Shown here piece after piece: positions 38,348 to 49,365 of a DNA stretch of 64,000 nucleotides. The DNA is from Phoronis australis (lineage: Eukaryota > Animalia > Phoronida). Within the stretch, counting starts at the first letter, position 1, and the number at the start of each line of letters is the position of its first letter. The DNA is taken from assembly GCA_002633005.1 (NCBI GenBank), contig NMRA01000513.1, positions 200,315 to 264,314 on the forward strand. The letters run 5' to 3'. A program made the position numbers and the translations under genes. Under the pieces are notes generated by a model, which saw only the letters and a list, made by a program, of their open reading frames with translations, was not told the origin of the DNA and ran no database searches.

Positions 38348-41117
38348 CACACCATGCCCGGTAGCTTGCTTTGTTGTGGTGGCCGTTTCAACCCTGGTTC
38401 TTTTGTTTTCTCACTTCGTACTCTTAGTAAGGAACATACTTGCCATACAATGGCGGATTTAAGGTGAGCAAGGCCCCCATAAAATTTTTCCAGATTCCAT
38501 TTGGCAGTTCAGGGGTGCTGCGAATTTCTGACGGGCAAAGTCCGAGCTAATACTCTGCCCTGGCCCCACCTAACTCAAAATCCTGGATCCTCCCCTGTAT
38601 TGAGACTTATTTTGTAGCAGAACTGATTTTAAAATCAAAAGTTGATTAATTTCTTTTGTCACCTCTGGTATATTTGATAGCCATTTCAATTTCCACATAT
38701 TTTTTACTTTTTGAACTCTATTGTAATTTATCGTTATGCATTGCTCATGTCTTATTTTCTGTTGTATCTGTGAGAGGGCGCTCTTGGCAAATTGCATTAT
38801 TCGTAAGAAGTTGACATACCGTATGTCGTGACCGGATGATATTATCCAATACAGAAACAGGTAAGATCACCTTAAAGTCCGATAATATTTATAAAAAAAC
38901 ACCAGCTTGATCCTTAGTGGGTGCAACACTTCATCAAGTATGAAGACAAGTGACACGAAATGCTTACTTAAGCTAAACTGTTCAGGACTATAAAGTTGAG
39001 GAACTATTTTTACGGCTTTATCTCTGAAGAGGTGTGCCCTCAATTTCAGTCGTGTAATACAGTGTACTAGCAGACTTGTGTAAAAGGGATGCTGGGATTT
39101 TAGCGGATCATTCTGAAGTTGCGTTTCAATGTATGCATTTCATATCCTGAGCTAAAAGCGAAAGTTCCACAGTGTTTACCTTGCGTCGATAAATACAGTG
39201 TTCCGGAAGAGTCAGGAAAAGATCATACATATTGCATGCTATATACTTTATTTGCTAATTAAACAGTGGATGATATTACAAAACAAAATCCAACGAAAGA
39301 AAATTCATCAACAGGCATGATAAGCAAAATGACTCCTCTTCTACGTGAAGCCGCAGAGGGAATTTTAATTTTCCTTTGCACAGCAGCAGCTGCATTTAAC
39401 AACTCAGGACCATGCTTCAAGAAACGTGAGATTGTTGTAAAGTTACATGCAATTCGTGCTTCTGCAATCCTGCTCAAGTTTTCTTTGACCAAATCTTACA
39501 TCTTGCCATGTCCAATGTGAAGTGTAGAGTACTACTTTTCAAACAATGTCGTCAATAATTCTAAAAGCATTTGCGAATAGGCAGTAATTGTTGTTGTTGT
39601 CACAGTGGGCGATAGATGTCACTCACGATCATAAGGAAGTCGTCTGCTTGAACACATTATGTTGATTTCAATAAACTTTCGTAGCAGTCGTCCTTCGCAC
39701 CCTCTGAAAATTCAAGTATTTTTGTTCATAAACAGTTTCTTACGTAGTCTGTGTTGTTAAAACAGTATCTCGTTGGCGTAATTATACTCATTTGCCATCC
39801 TTTGATGAACAAAAAAATCAAAAGTAATGAGGCTCTGGTCACCCGCTTCCTCCGCGCTTGAACAGACACAAGTTTCGTCACCTCGTCTAGTTAACATATA
39901 CCACGATTATAAACGTAAGTTCATCTCAAATTGCTTGGATTATTCGCAAAAAGGTAAGAAGGCTGAGAGGTTAGGTCCATATCAGCAAGTGAGTGATGAA
40001 AAGAATATTGACGTAACATGTTTTTGTTCCTAGCCAATCAGTGCGTAAAACGTGTTCCCTCAATATGACTATCTTGCTAGTGGTGACACAATTGCGTTAA
40101 CTGGATTCCTAAAGACCCATTTGGAGCTATCTTTTAAAAGAATCCTCTTGGTTCATGAGTCGGAACCCTTTCGAATACGGTGAATTAGTGGTTTTCACGA
40201 GATAATACCATAGTCCGAATGGAACTCACTGATTGATTTTAAGGCTGGATTCGTCACCGCTTACTTGGTTTCATCCAGTTTAAGCCGTGTGATTTCTTAC
40301 CTAACACGACACGAGTCTTTAGGAGTTGGTACGTTTTTCCAGTGGATAGTTAAAAACATATGCTCTTTCGACAACGGCACTGGGCGAATCTACTGACACA
40401 AAGGGGCTGCCCTGAGTATGAATTGTGTTCAGAATACGTTCTCGAAAAACTGATGCAAAGTGAATCACGAAACGCTGTCAATTATTAAAGTTACACTCAG
40501 ATTTTCCCGCATTACATGGCCATGCGCCTGAATCCAATAATAATAGGTTTTGTCATGCAACACTTATTTTGCTCAAGTGTACGTGGCAAATATCAACTTA
40601 AATGGAAACTGAAGGCGACCAACCTTTGATTTGAATTGTGTGTGTCTTTTGTTTCATGTTAGTGCTTTCAGCTTTTACAGATGACCTTTAATAGAATGAC
40701 ACGTCCAATACTTGTCGTTTTGTAAGGATTAAATACCCGGAATAAGCCATTGTTCAGCTTGTTCTTTTAGGATTTGTTCTTTGTCAATTACTCAAAAAAG
40801 TCCCATAAACTGTGAGCCTAACTACGAATTTGCGTGTAGGATCACATGGCCCTAAATACGTACATGCAAAACGTTGGTCGTGAGAACTACTCCTGATCAT
40901 AACTCTTTTATAAAGCTGGCTATTTTCTTAGACCAACTGCGTATGAATAAGTAAATCTTGAGTGAAAGTGGAAATACGGATCACAAACATGGTTGAGTCT
41001 GGTCAGCACGTCACCTAGGTTTTGATGTGGCCAACAGGTGACGTGCAGACCAAACTTAAACCTGATTGTGAACTACCTCAGAACTTACGCTTTTTCATTC
41101 CTGACGGTATCAGTCAT

Positions 41118-41178
41118 CTAACTTGATTCTTCCTTCTCAATCTCTTTCTCTTCTTCTTTCGCCTCTTTCTCTTCTTCC
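41118..41178 (-). CDS. Gene B last coding exon (EEEKEAKEEEKEIEKEESS*)
   Basis: ttttccgtttag| acceptor, TAG at 41120-41118, then a |gtaagt donor at 41089/41088 in the 3' UTR. Confidence 0.75.
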
Positions 41179-44100
41179 CTAAACGGAAAATATAATTTCA
41201 TCCAATTGTGTATTGCCTCGATTGTGCCCTCAATACAGATGTGGATTTTGTCTTACATCACTTTCTTGATTATGGAACAGAACAGTTCGGTTTTCTGCAG
41301 TTGCTGAACGGACGCAGTGTTTCAAGAATTTAAAAGTGTCGAGGACAGCACAATATTTCTCAAAACTCTTTTCGGTGTTCGGACAAATTTATACTCACTT
41401 GGTAGTGTCCTTTACCCTGAGAGATATTTTTCGCTTGTAATGTCAAAACATCAGATATTATTCGAATGTGCAGTGCATAAATGTATGCGTAGCAAAAAGA
41501 ATCATACAAGATTCAAACTATTGAAAACGTGAGAACTTACGTGATTTGTTTGTCTTCGTCAGCCTCAAACGTTTTCTTGTCGATGCTTCCACCCTTCAAG
41601 ATTTGTTTAACTAGTTCGTGGGCTGCATCTCCACCCATACCTTGAGCCTTAAGGTTGGCAACTACCTCATCGGTTGAGACTTTTCCGTCTTTGTTGGTAT
41701 CGAGAACGTCGAAAGTTTGATCTTCTATCACAGCTTCGTCTTCTTTTTTGTCTCCCCTGGAATAATGTAAAGGGGTTTTCTTACATTTGACTCGTATACA
41801 TTATTGATGAACCTTTTCCAACAATAATATGAGGTTCATGAAAAGTTACATATGATGTGTGTTTTCCAAAAACTAGTTAAAATTGTAAAAACTTACTTTT
41901 CCAACTTGGCTTCAACAGCCTCAAACTCTGCCTTGTCAATACTCCCGTCTTTGTTGGCGTCGTAAGCCTTCATTGATTCTTTAACGGCAATGTCGCCTCC
42001 TGATGGGTTTGCTGCTTTTATTTCAGCACCTGTAATTTTTCCGTCTTTGTTGGTGTCAATGGACTCAAAGGTCTTATCTTCGTCCTTAGCTACATCTTTT
42101 TCTTCCTCAGCCTCTTCGCTGGCCAAGTCTCTTTTCGCTTTTTCTTCCTTCTCAATCTCTTTCTCTTCTTTTTTCGCCTCTTTCTCTTCTTCCCTAAACG
42201 GAAAATACAATTTCATCCAATTGTGTATTTCCTCGATCGTGTCATAAATACAGATAGCTATTTTGTCTTCCAGTATTTTCTTGAGTACGGAACGAAACCG
42301 TTTGGTTTTTCTGCAGTTGCTGAGCGAACGCAGTGTTTCAAGAATTTAAACGTGTCGAGGGCAGTATAACATTTCTCAAACTTTTTTTTGGTGTTCGGAC
42401 AAATTTACACTGACTTAATGGTTTCCTATACCCTGTCAGATTTTTTTGCTTGTTATCAATCAACGACTTGCAATTTAGCGTATGAAAAAATAGCACAAAA
42501 TATCCAACAGCCAAGTTCACACTTTAACACTCACACATTTTACTTGCAGTACTGACGTTCATGAGTGAATGTACATGAAATGTATAACAAAACATCGGAT
42601 ATTATTCGAATGTGCAGTGCATACATGTATGCGTAGCAAAAAGAATCATACAAGACTCAAACTATTTAAAACGTGAGAACTTACGTGATTTGTTTGTCTT
42701 CGTCAGCCTCAAACGTTTTCTTGTCGATGCTTCCACCCTTCAAGATTTGTTTAGCTAGTTCGCGTGCTGAATTTCCATCCATACCTTGAGCCTTAAGGAT
42801 GGCAACTACCTCATCAGTTGAGACTTTTCCGTCTTTGTTGGTATCGAGAACGTCGAAAGTTTGATCTTCTTCCAAAGCTTCGTATTCTTTTTTGTCTCCC
42901 CTGGAATAATGTAAAGGGTTATTCTTACATTTGACTTGTAAACATTATTGATGAACCTTTTCCAACACTAAAATGAGGTTCATGAAATGTTAAACCTTAT
43001 GTGTGTTTTCCGAAAACTAGTTAAAATTGTAAAAACTTACTTTTCCAACTTGGCTTCAACAGCCTCAAACTCTGCCTTGTCAATACTCCCGTCTTTGTTG
43101 GCGTCGTAAGCCTTCATTGATTCTTTAACGGCAATGTCGCCTCCTGATGGGTTTGCTGCTTTTATTTCAGCACCTGTAATTTTTCCGTCTTTGTTGGTGT
43201 CAATGGACTCGAACATCTTATCTTCGTCCTTGGCTACATCTTTTTCTTCCTCGGCCTCTTCACTGGCTAAGTCTCTTTTGGATTCTTCTTCCTTCTTAAT
43301 CTCATCCTCCTCTTTTTTCTCCTGTTTCTCAACACCCCTAAAAAGAAAATATGGCCATATGCTATTCTATGTTTCCTGGAGGGTATCTCAAACAGAAATG
43401 TGAGCTTTGTATTGCCCCCGTTAACACAAATATTGAACAGAATTGTTCGGTCTTCTGTAACACCTGCAATCGTAACACAAATTTCGAAGTGTCGAGGACA
43501 GCCGCTTCACTGAATAGGATATGTTGGTACAAGAATTTCTGTCTTTTCTCTAGACTGTCTCAAATTCGGAAAGAAAAATTACTGTACTATATGTTTGCAC
43601 TTCCTTGGACTGTTCAACATGAGGCTTCATCCCGTGAAACTAAGACCTTGGCTTCTGCATTCTTTCAGAGTATGAAACAAAAGTTTATGGAAGATTTACA
43701 AAAGCATTAGAGCACACGATTAAAGCTCTACTGTTGACTTGAGGTGAAAGCTTTTATTCACGAGATACAATCATTTTGTCAGTAAACAAATATTGACCTT
43801 CGGGCATATGTGACATTGTCTTTGGGATTCATCCCTATTACTATATTTTTGGTTGAAAATAAGATCTAAAAGGTATGTTAAGAAATGTGCCTCTTGGAAA
43901 CGAAGGTAGGCAGTTATACGTTGTTTAAGTGCATTTGGTTTAGAAACAGTATCAAAACTGAAACTCCACGAGATCTTGCTTGAACATGGGGAGTAGGTAA
44001 AATATTATTTCGAGACAGACTTAAGAGCTTACTCAAATACTTTTTCTTCATCTGCTTCAAACTCTTCCTTGGTAACAGCACCGTCTTTGTTGGTGTCATA

Positions 44101-47100
44101 GAAGTCCATGCTTTCTTTAGTCTCCTTGGCAGCTTCGTCTTTATCAAGGCCACTAGCTAAGAGGGCGGCATTTACTTCAGCGGATGAGATCTTTCCGTCC
44201 TTGTCAGTATCGAGAGAATCGAAATTTTCCGTTACGGCCAAAGCAACATCTTCCTTTTCGTCTCCACTGAAATTGACACAATGGAGTATTATCGAAATTT
44301 CCCCAAAGTAGTTGAGGACACTTGGTTTTTGCTTAGGAAAAATTTTACAATGGTTTTAAAATATTTATTCGGTGCGTACATGTACATGTAATCAGTAGAT
44401 AAAACTCACAATGAACGAAATTTTCTCCGTCTTTTCGTTTGCTTTCGAAACAAAGCTATTCAAATTTAGAAGGCATTCGGACTGTTACTTAAGGGCGCTA
44501 GGCAACTACAGGTAAGTAATACATGATGAGTGATGAATGGTGCATACACCCATATGTTTTCTTGTTTCCATATGTCGGTAAAAACGATGAAGCGCGCTTT
44601 TCAAAATACAGCTCGACAGGTAAAAAGTCCACAGCCAAACTTTGTTAAGATTGAAGCAAATATTGAGAAATCTGGCAAATTTTATTTCCGGTCGGCCAAC
44701 AGCACTTGCTGGACGTGTGTGACACTGTAAGAACGCTGCAATTGACGCTTGATATTTTAAGAAAGCACGAACTCCTCCCTTACCAATGGAGGAGAGTACA
44801 GCACACATCACGAATTTTTGGCCGACCGGTCGGAAATTGGTCGACGACCGGCCGTCGACCGGTCGTCTAGCCGACCACCAGCCGACCAACAACGGTCGGC
44901 TAGGAGCCGTCTGCTTAGTCGCCTCTGTGGTCGGCACTTGGGTCGGCTAATTGGTCGCCTNGCTCGACAGGTAAAAAGTCCACAGCCAAACTTTGTTAAG
45001 AATGAAGCAAATATTGAGAAATCTGGCAAATTTTATTTCCGGTCGGCCAACAGCACTTGCTGGACGTGTGTGACACTGTAAGAACGCTGCAATTGACGCT
45101 TGATATTTTAAGAAAGCACGAACTCCTCCCTTACCAATGGAGGAGAGTAGGTATTTGCCACTGTGATTCCCAATTTGTTAAACGATATTGTAGTGAGACA
45201 CCCCGTTGCTGCAGTGGAAGCAAGTGGTCTCGCATCATTCACTTGTTATTCATATAGATATCTGACCAAACCCGAAAAAGTAGTCCACAGTAGAATACAG
45301 CTTTGAATAAGTGCACTTCCACCAGTCTAACCCTTGTTTCCATATCTTCACAAAGGAATTTTAGGGTTATTTCATTACAGTGCATGTGTGCGCTGGGTGC
45401 TTAGCTAGTTTTGGTATATCAGTGTTTCACACCACGTTTTTCAATCTAGCCAGATGTCGTCCTATCAGGTTTACTGTGCATACATCAAGCTTTTGGTTCT
45501 TCCGCGTTTGTCACGTGGGTTAATTCGATATCTATATGAGGTTAATATACGGGTTCTTTTACTATTCTACTTACTCTTCCTCTTTTTTAGTGACAGCGTC
45601 AAACTCTTTCTTAGTAACTGCCCCGTCTTTGTCTGCGTCATAGTCGTCCAAGAACTCTTTTGCTGTCAGTTTGGCGGCAGCATCATCGGCATCTACCTGG
45701 TCTTTGGCTGCAGCCTCGATCTCAGCGGCTGTGATTTTTCCGTCATCGTCAGCGTCGAGGTCATCAAAAGTTGCAATGTCTGCTAGAGCCACCTGTTCGT
45801 CTTTGTCGCCCCTTCGAGAAATATTGTAAGCTCAACAGTACAAGTAATAAAACTCACAATGTTATATTTAAGGGTTATTTATTTTGTAGTACATGAAATA
45901 CTTTATAATTTGACGACTTACCTTGTTGAGAAAAGTTTCCAGTAATCGAATATATCTGAGATATAAAATGGTGTGAATTAAAACAAGTGCTGGCATGTCA
46001 GTTAATAATTGTTGAAGATATGATTAATTGAAGATTCAATTTTATATAACTTTTGTTTTCGTGATTTCTGTATTCTCTCGATCAGCAATTCTACGCATTT
46101 GGATTTCAAATGCAATTTTATCATATTCTCAAACTACATGTTCATGTATTTGCAGTCTCATTTTGGGTTATGTACTTACTTTTCTTCTTTGTCCAGAACA
46201 GCTTCAAACTCTTTCTTGTCAACTCCCCCACTCTTGTCGGTATCGAAGGCGTCCATGACCTCTTTAACCGTCTTCTTGATTGCAGCTGAAAGCATTGATT
46301 TGAGCTCACTGGGAGTAACTTTTCCATCACCGTTGGCATCGATACGGTCAAAGCTGTCATCTTCTTCCTTATTGTACTCTTTTTCTTCTTTCTTTGCATC
46401 TGCTTCTTCTTCTTTTTCCATCTTTTTCAGCTCTGGTCCTCCTTCCTTTTCCTCCTCTTTCTCAACCTCTTTCATCTCTTTTTCCTCATCCTTCTCTTCT
46501 GCCTTGATCTCCTTCAGTTCTTTTCCCATGCCTTCTTTTTTCATTTCGCCTTCCATTTGTTGTTCCACGGTCTCCATGCCTTTTTCGCTTTCGGATTCTC
46601 TGTAAGAATAAATGCAGTATGTCAGCAATTGCCACCATTGTAACCATCTGAGACACCTTCTTTGAATCTTGAAATGAAGTCTTCGGTTTCTTCTACTCCG
46701 CGTTTCGACTGACAATTATCCTTATTCGCGACAAAATTACCATCCTCTATCGCATCGAATACCACAGCTGATATTATACAAATGTGCAAACATGGCATCT
46801 TTATATAACACAAAACGCATTGTTGATACGTAAGGTCTGCTGCCACATTTTTAGAGGAACGGTTGCGAGCACATTGAACGATGTGGAATCTGCGTTTCAT
46901 GAAGTGTCTGATGGAGATTTTGAAAATTCTAGGTTTTCACACCTTCCTATTTGTACGTGTTCAAGACAGTTTCAGATTATTTTCCTTCGAGGACATCGCA
47001 ATTTTTCGATCAAAGATCCAGCAACAAATGTCAATTACGTGTACAAGTATACACATGTATGTTCTCTAAGTGTTGCAATGAGCATTGGTCATGTATTGAA

Positions 47101-48260
47101 TAGAGCGTCAGTACATGAGCGTGTGTTGTTCCAAACTTATGAGGAGAGTCCATGGGCGTTAATGTAGATAGAAATAAGCGTTGTGTTCAATTGCACTTGT
47201 TCTAGTTTTCAACGCTTACTCTTCTACTGCTTATTGCTAATAATTGCGAGTATATAAAGCTGTTGCAATTTTATCAAATGGCCATTACGATTTATTGGTT
47301 CATTTGGCACACACCAATTTTGAAATTATGCATTCAGTCACGAAACCATGAACGTAAACCACTTACTTGCGAACTGTGTCGAATTCCGTCTTTGAAACAC
47401 TGCCGTCTTTGTTAGTGTCATAGGTGAGCATGAACTCTTCGACTACTGATTCAGCAGCCTTTGAAAGGATTCCCTCGAGTTCATCGGCCGTAACTTTTCC
47501 ATCCTTGTTTGTGTCGAGTTGTTCAAATTCCTTCCCTTCACCCTTTTTGAGCTCTGCCTGCTCTTTCGCGCCTTCCTTTTTCATCTCTGCTTCTTCTTCC
47601 TTGAAGGCATTCCTTCGCAATACCCCGGCGCTAAAAAGAAGACAGTTTAGACGTCAGGCACAGCAGCACGCACAGATGCTGACACGAAAACTTCGAATTG
47701 CTCCTCCTGCGTATAAGCAAATGGGTTTCTTGCTTACACAAATAATCGTATTATTATCGGGCTGTTTAAATTTACACATTGTGCCGCACTACAATATTAC
47801 TTATTCACTGATCGCTTCTCTTACAGGATTTTTACAGCGAATGTGCACGGATTGATAAAACACGGGGTAATAAATAGCGACTATTTTGGGAAGTTAAAAA
47901 GAGTTTATCAAGTACCATACTACTAGCTAAAATCTAGTCAAAGTCACGTGCTCTCATTTAAAATACACGGCAATGTCTCACGTAATCACTCATAGTCTTG
48001 CTTTTTAGAGAGGTCCTAGCGTTACTGAAGGGGAAGTAGGAATACGGTGACGCCACTTCACTTACGTCGCTTCCATAGGCCAATTTTGTAGTCAAGAACG
48101 GCTGGTGAATATTAACTGATTTTGAAAGATTTTAAAGATAACGGTACATTGGTATTTTTAGTAAAAAATACCACAGAAACTTCATTTGCCCTAAAGTTTG
48201 AAACAAATTTACTCACCTGCACAGGGCAACCAACAGACATGCGGCGATCAAGTACTTCAT
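41118..48260 (-). CDS. Gene B: secreted multi-EF-hand Ca2+-binding (poly)protein, 761 aa, 8 EF-hand-pair exons with E/K-rich spacers
   Basis: Exons (minus): 48260-48217, 47630-47367, 46599-46180, 45811-45575, 44266-44033, 43337-43041, 42900-42685, 42193-41897, 41756-41541, 41178-41118 (TAG). All GT-AG and phase 2; 2286 nt in one open frame; signal peptide MKYLIAACLLVALCS. Confidence 0.88.
41541..41756 (-). CDS. Gene B GD-type exon (DTNKDGKVSTDE + broken second loop)
   Basis: attccag| acceptor, |gtaagt donor, 216 nt, phase 2-2. Confidence 0.88.
41897..42193 (-). CDS. Gene B spacer + AKR + EF-pair exon (DTNKDGKITGAE / DANKDGSIDKAE)
   Basis: ccgtttag| acceptor, |gtaagt donor, 297 nt, phase 2-2. 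Confidence 0.9.
42685..42900 (-). CDS. Gene B GD-type exon, duplicate of 41541-41756
   Basis: 216 nt, phase 2-2, 1144-bp offset from its duplicate. Confidence 0.88.
43041..43337 (-). CDS. Gene B spacer + SKR + EF-pair exon (not in the ORF track because it has no start codon)
   Basis: ttttctttttag|G GGT GTT GAG... reads GVEKQEKKEEDEIKKEEESKRDLAS...DTNKDGKITGAE...DANKDGSIDKAE; 297 nt; |gtaagt donor. Confidence 0.9.
44033..44266 (-). CDS. Gene B GD-type EF-pair exon (DTDKDGKISSAE / DTNKDGAVTKEE)
   Basis: aatttcag| acceptor, |gtaagc donor, 234 nt, phase 2-2. Confidence 0.9.
44798..44960. mobile_element. GC-rich CCGAC/GTCGG-repeat element fragment truncated by an N join
   Basis: Abrupt GC-rich insert with many ccgac/gtcgg motifs; absent from the duplicated flank copy (44962-45148), which continues ggagagta|ggtatttg. 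Confidence 0.5.
45575..45811 (-). CDS. Gene B GD-type EF-pair exon (DADDDGKITAAE / DADKDGAVTKKE)
   Basis: tttctcgaag| acceptor, |gtaagt donor, 237 nt, phase 2-2. Confidence 0.88.
46180..46599 (-). CDS. Gene B exon with long E/K-rich tract + EF pair (DANGDGKVTPSE / DTDKSGGVDKKE)
   Basis: tattcttacag| acceptor, |gtaagt donor, 420 nt, phase 2-2. Confidence 0.9.
47367..47630 (-). CDS. Gene B first EF-pair exon (AGVLRRNAF...DTNKDGKVTADE / DTNKDGSVSKTE)
   Basis: cttctttttag| acceptor, |gtaagt donor, 264 nt, phase 2-2. Confidence 0.9.
48217..48260 (-). CDS. Gene B signal-peptide exon (MKYLIAACLLVALC-S)
   Basis: tttgttacag|ATG ... AG|gtgagt; classic n/h/c signal peptide. Confidence 0.88.
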
Positions 48261-49365
48261 CTGTAACAAACGAAGGTAAGCCCTGAAGTAATTTATGAAA
48301 ACTTGTGTCACGGCTACACCTCTGTGTTTATACATGTATATAGGTCGTTGAGCACAACGCTGCCTTGCAAATGCTACGGTAAAAGGTAGCCCATTCATTA
48401 CAAAATTCAGTTGACGTTCATTACGCAATTTTCATACGCTATGGCAACAAAATTATTCTATTCAAATTTCCTTTTAGCGTAAATCCTCTTTCTGAACTTA
48501 ATTATCTTATATTGTTTGGAGAAATTTACTTGTAAAAAAGTGAAATTATGCGACTCCATGACTTGTGCAATGTTCGGTTGAAAATTATGTGCAAAAACGG
48601 AATTCTGGGACATGTGATCACGTCATAAGCATCTTTTGTTACGCTTAATTTTGCTGGTTGTTACTACATGTATTCCGTCATTACTCTGAAGCAGGAGTTT
48701 GGTTTCTTTGTCAAATTTTATTTCTCTGATTGCAGACGGGAAGAATGCAGGTTCGACAATCGATGAAGTCTTAAGCGCAATCCCAAGATTTTGATACGGT
48801 ACCAAAAGTTCATAAGTAAGAGCCCTGTATGAGTGTTCGTAATTAATCAATTTTTTATTTGATTTATAAACCTAAGCCTAATGGTTCGGGGCCTTAAAAT
48901 GGAACTTAAACATCAATTCTTGATGATGTTCAAGTACATGTAGCATTGTCGTTTAGTTCCTGCTATACAGTATCACAGTTAGGAGCATGCAAATGGTTTT
49001 AAATACTGGCGAACCACTTGCAGTTGAAAATCAAAAATACAAATTCGTCAGTTAGTTCAGGCTTTGTCGAAAAGATGATGTTGATTTTGAATAGATTATT
49101 TTGCGTTGATTTTAGTTATTTTTTAGATTAAAAATCAAATTAAAGAGTATTGTTAAGCCACACGATAGCAATTTTCATTGACGGCGAGATTACGACAGTT
49201 TAAATTTATGACCAGTTAAAAATTTTAACTGCACATGCGCAATATACTGCTCAGACAGGTCCCTTTCACTGACAACGGACCAAATTGTGCGACCTGGATT
49301 TTCTAAACAGAGCCCCTGGATTTTAAAAAACAAACAAACAATGATAACGAAGTAAAGTCACTTAC

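Larger units (their letters stand above)
34152..41423 (+). repeat. Segmental duplication copy 1 (3' end and downstream flank of gene B), paralogous to 56886-64000
   Basis: Colinear blocks: 34152-37735 ~ 56886-60530, 39077-39845 ~ 60533-61317, 40517-40570 ~ 61350-61400, 40571-41423 ~ 63131-64000. Confidence 0.9.

Noticed and set aside
44611-45148. ~187-bp direct repeats flanking a GC-rich insert (LTR-like or long TSD)
   Set aside because: The second copy starts at the N at 44961; better explained as two haplotypes with and without the insert.
14728-47620. Each EF-hand ORF as a separate small calmodulin- or polcalcin-like gene
   Set aside because: ORF starts are intronic or non-ATG, ends coincide with GT donors, and all exons join in frame to signal-peptide exons.
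41990-47855. Plus-strand Ser/Phe-rich ORFs (41990, 43134, 44108, 46099, 47424; likewise 14654, 17892, 19871, 20934)
   Set aside because: Antisense shadows of the E/K/D-rich EF-hand exons.
13846-48260. Assignment to calmodulin, calumenin/reticulocalbin or a photoprotein
   Set aside because: The signal peptide excludes calmodulin; there is no HDEL/HDEF-type tail and too many hands for CREC proteins; no Trp/Cys/His pattern of aequorin-type photoproteins.
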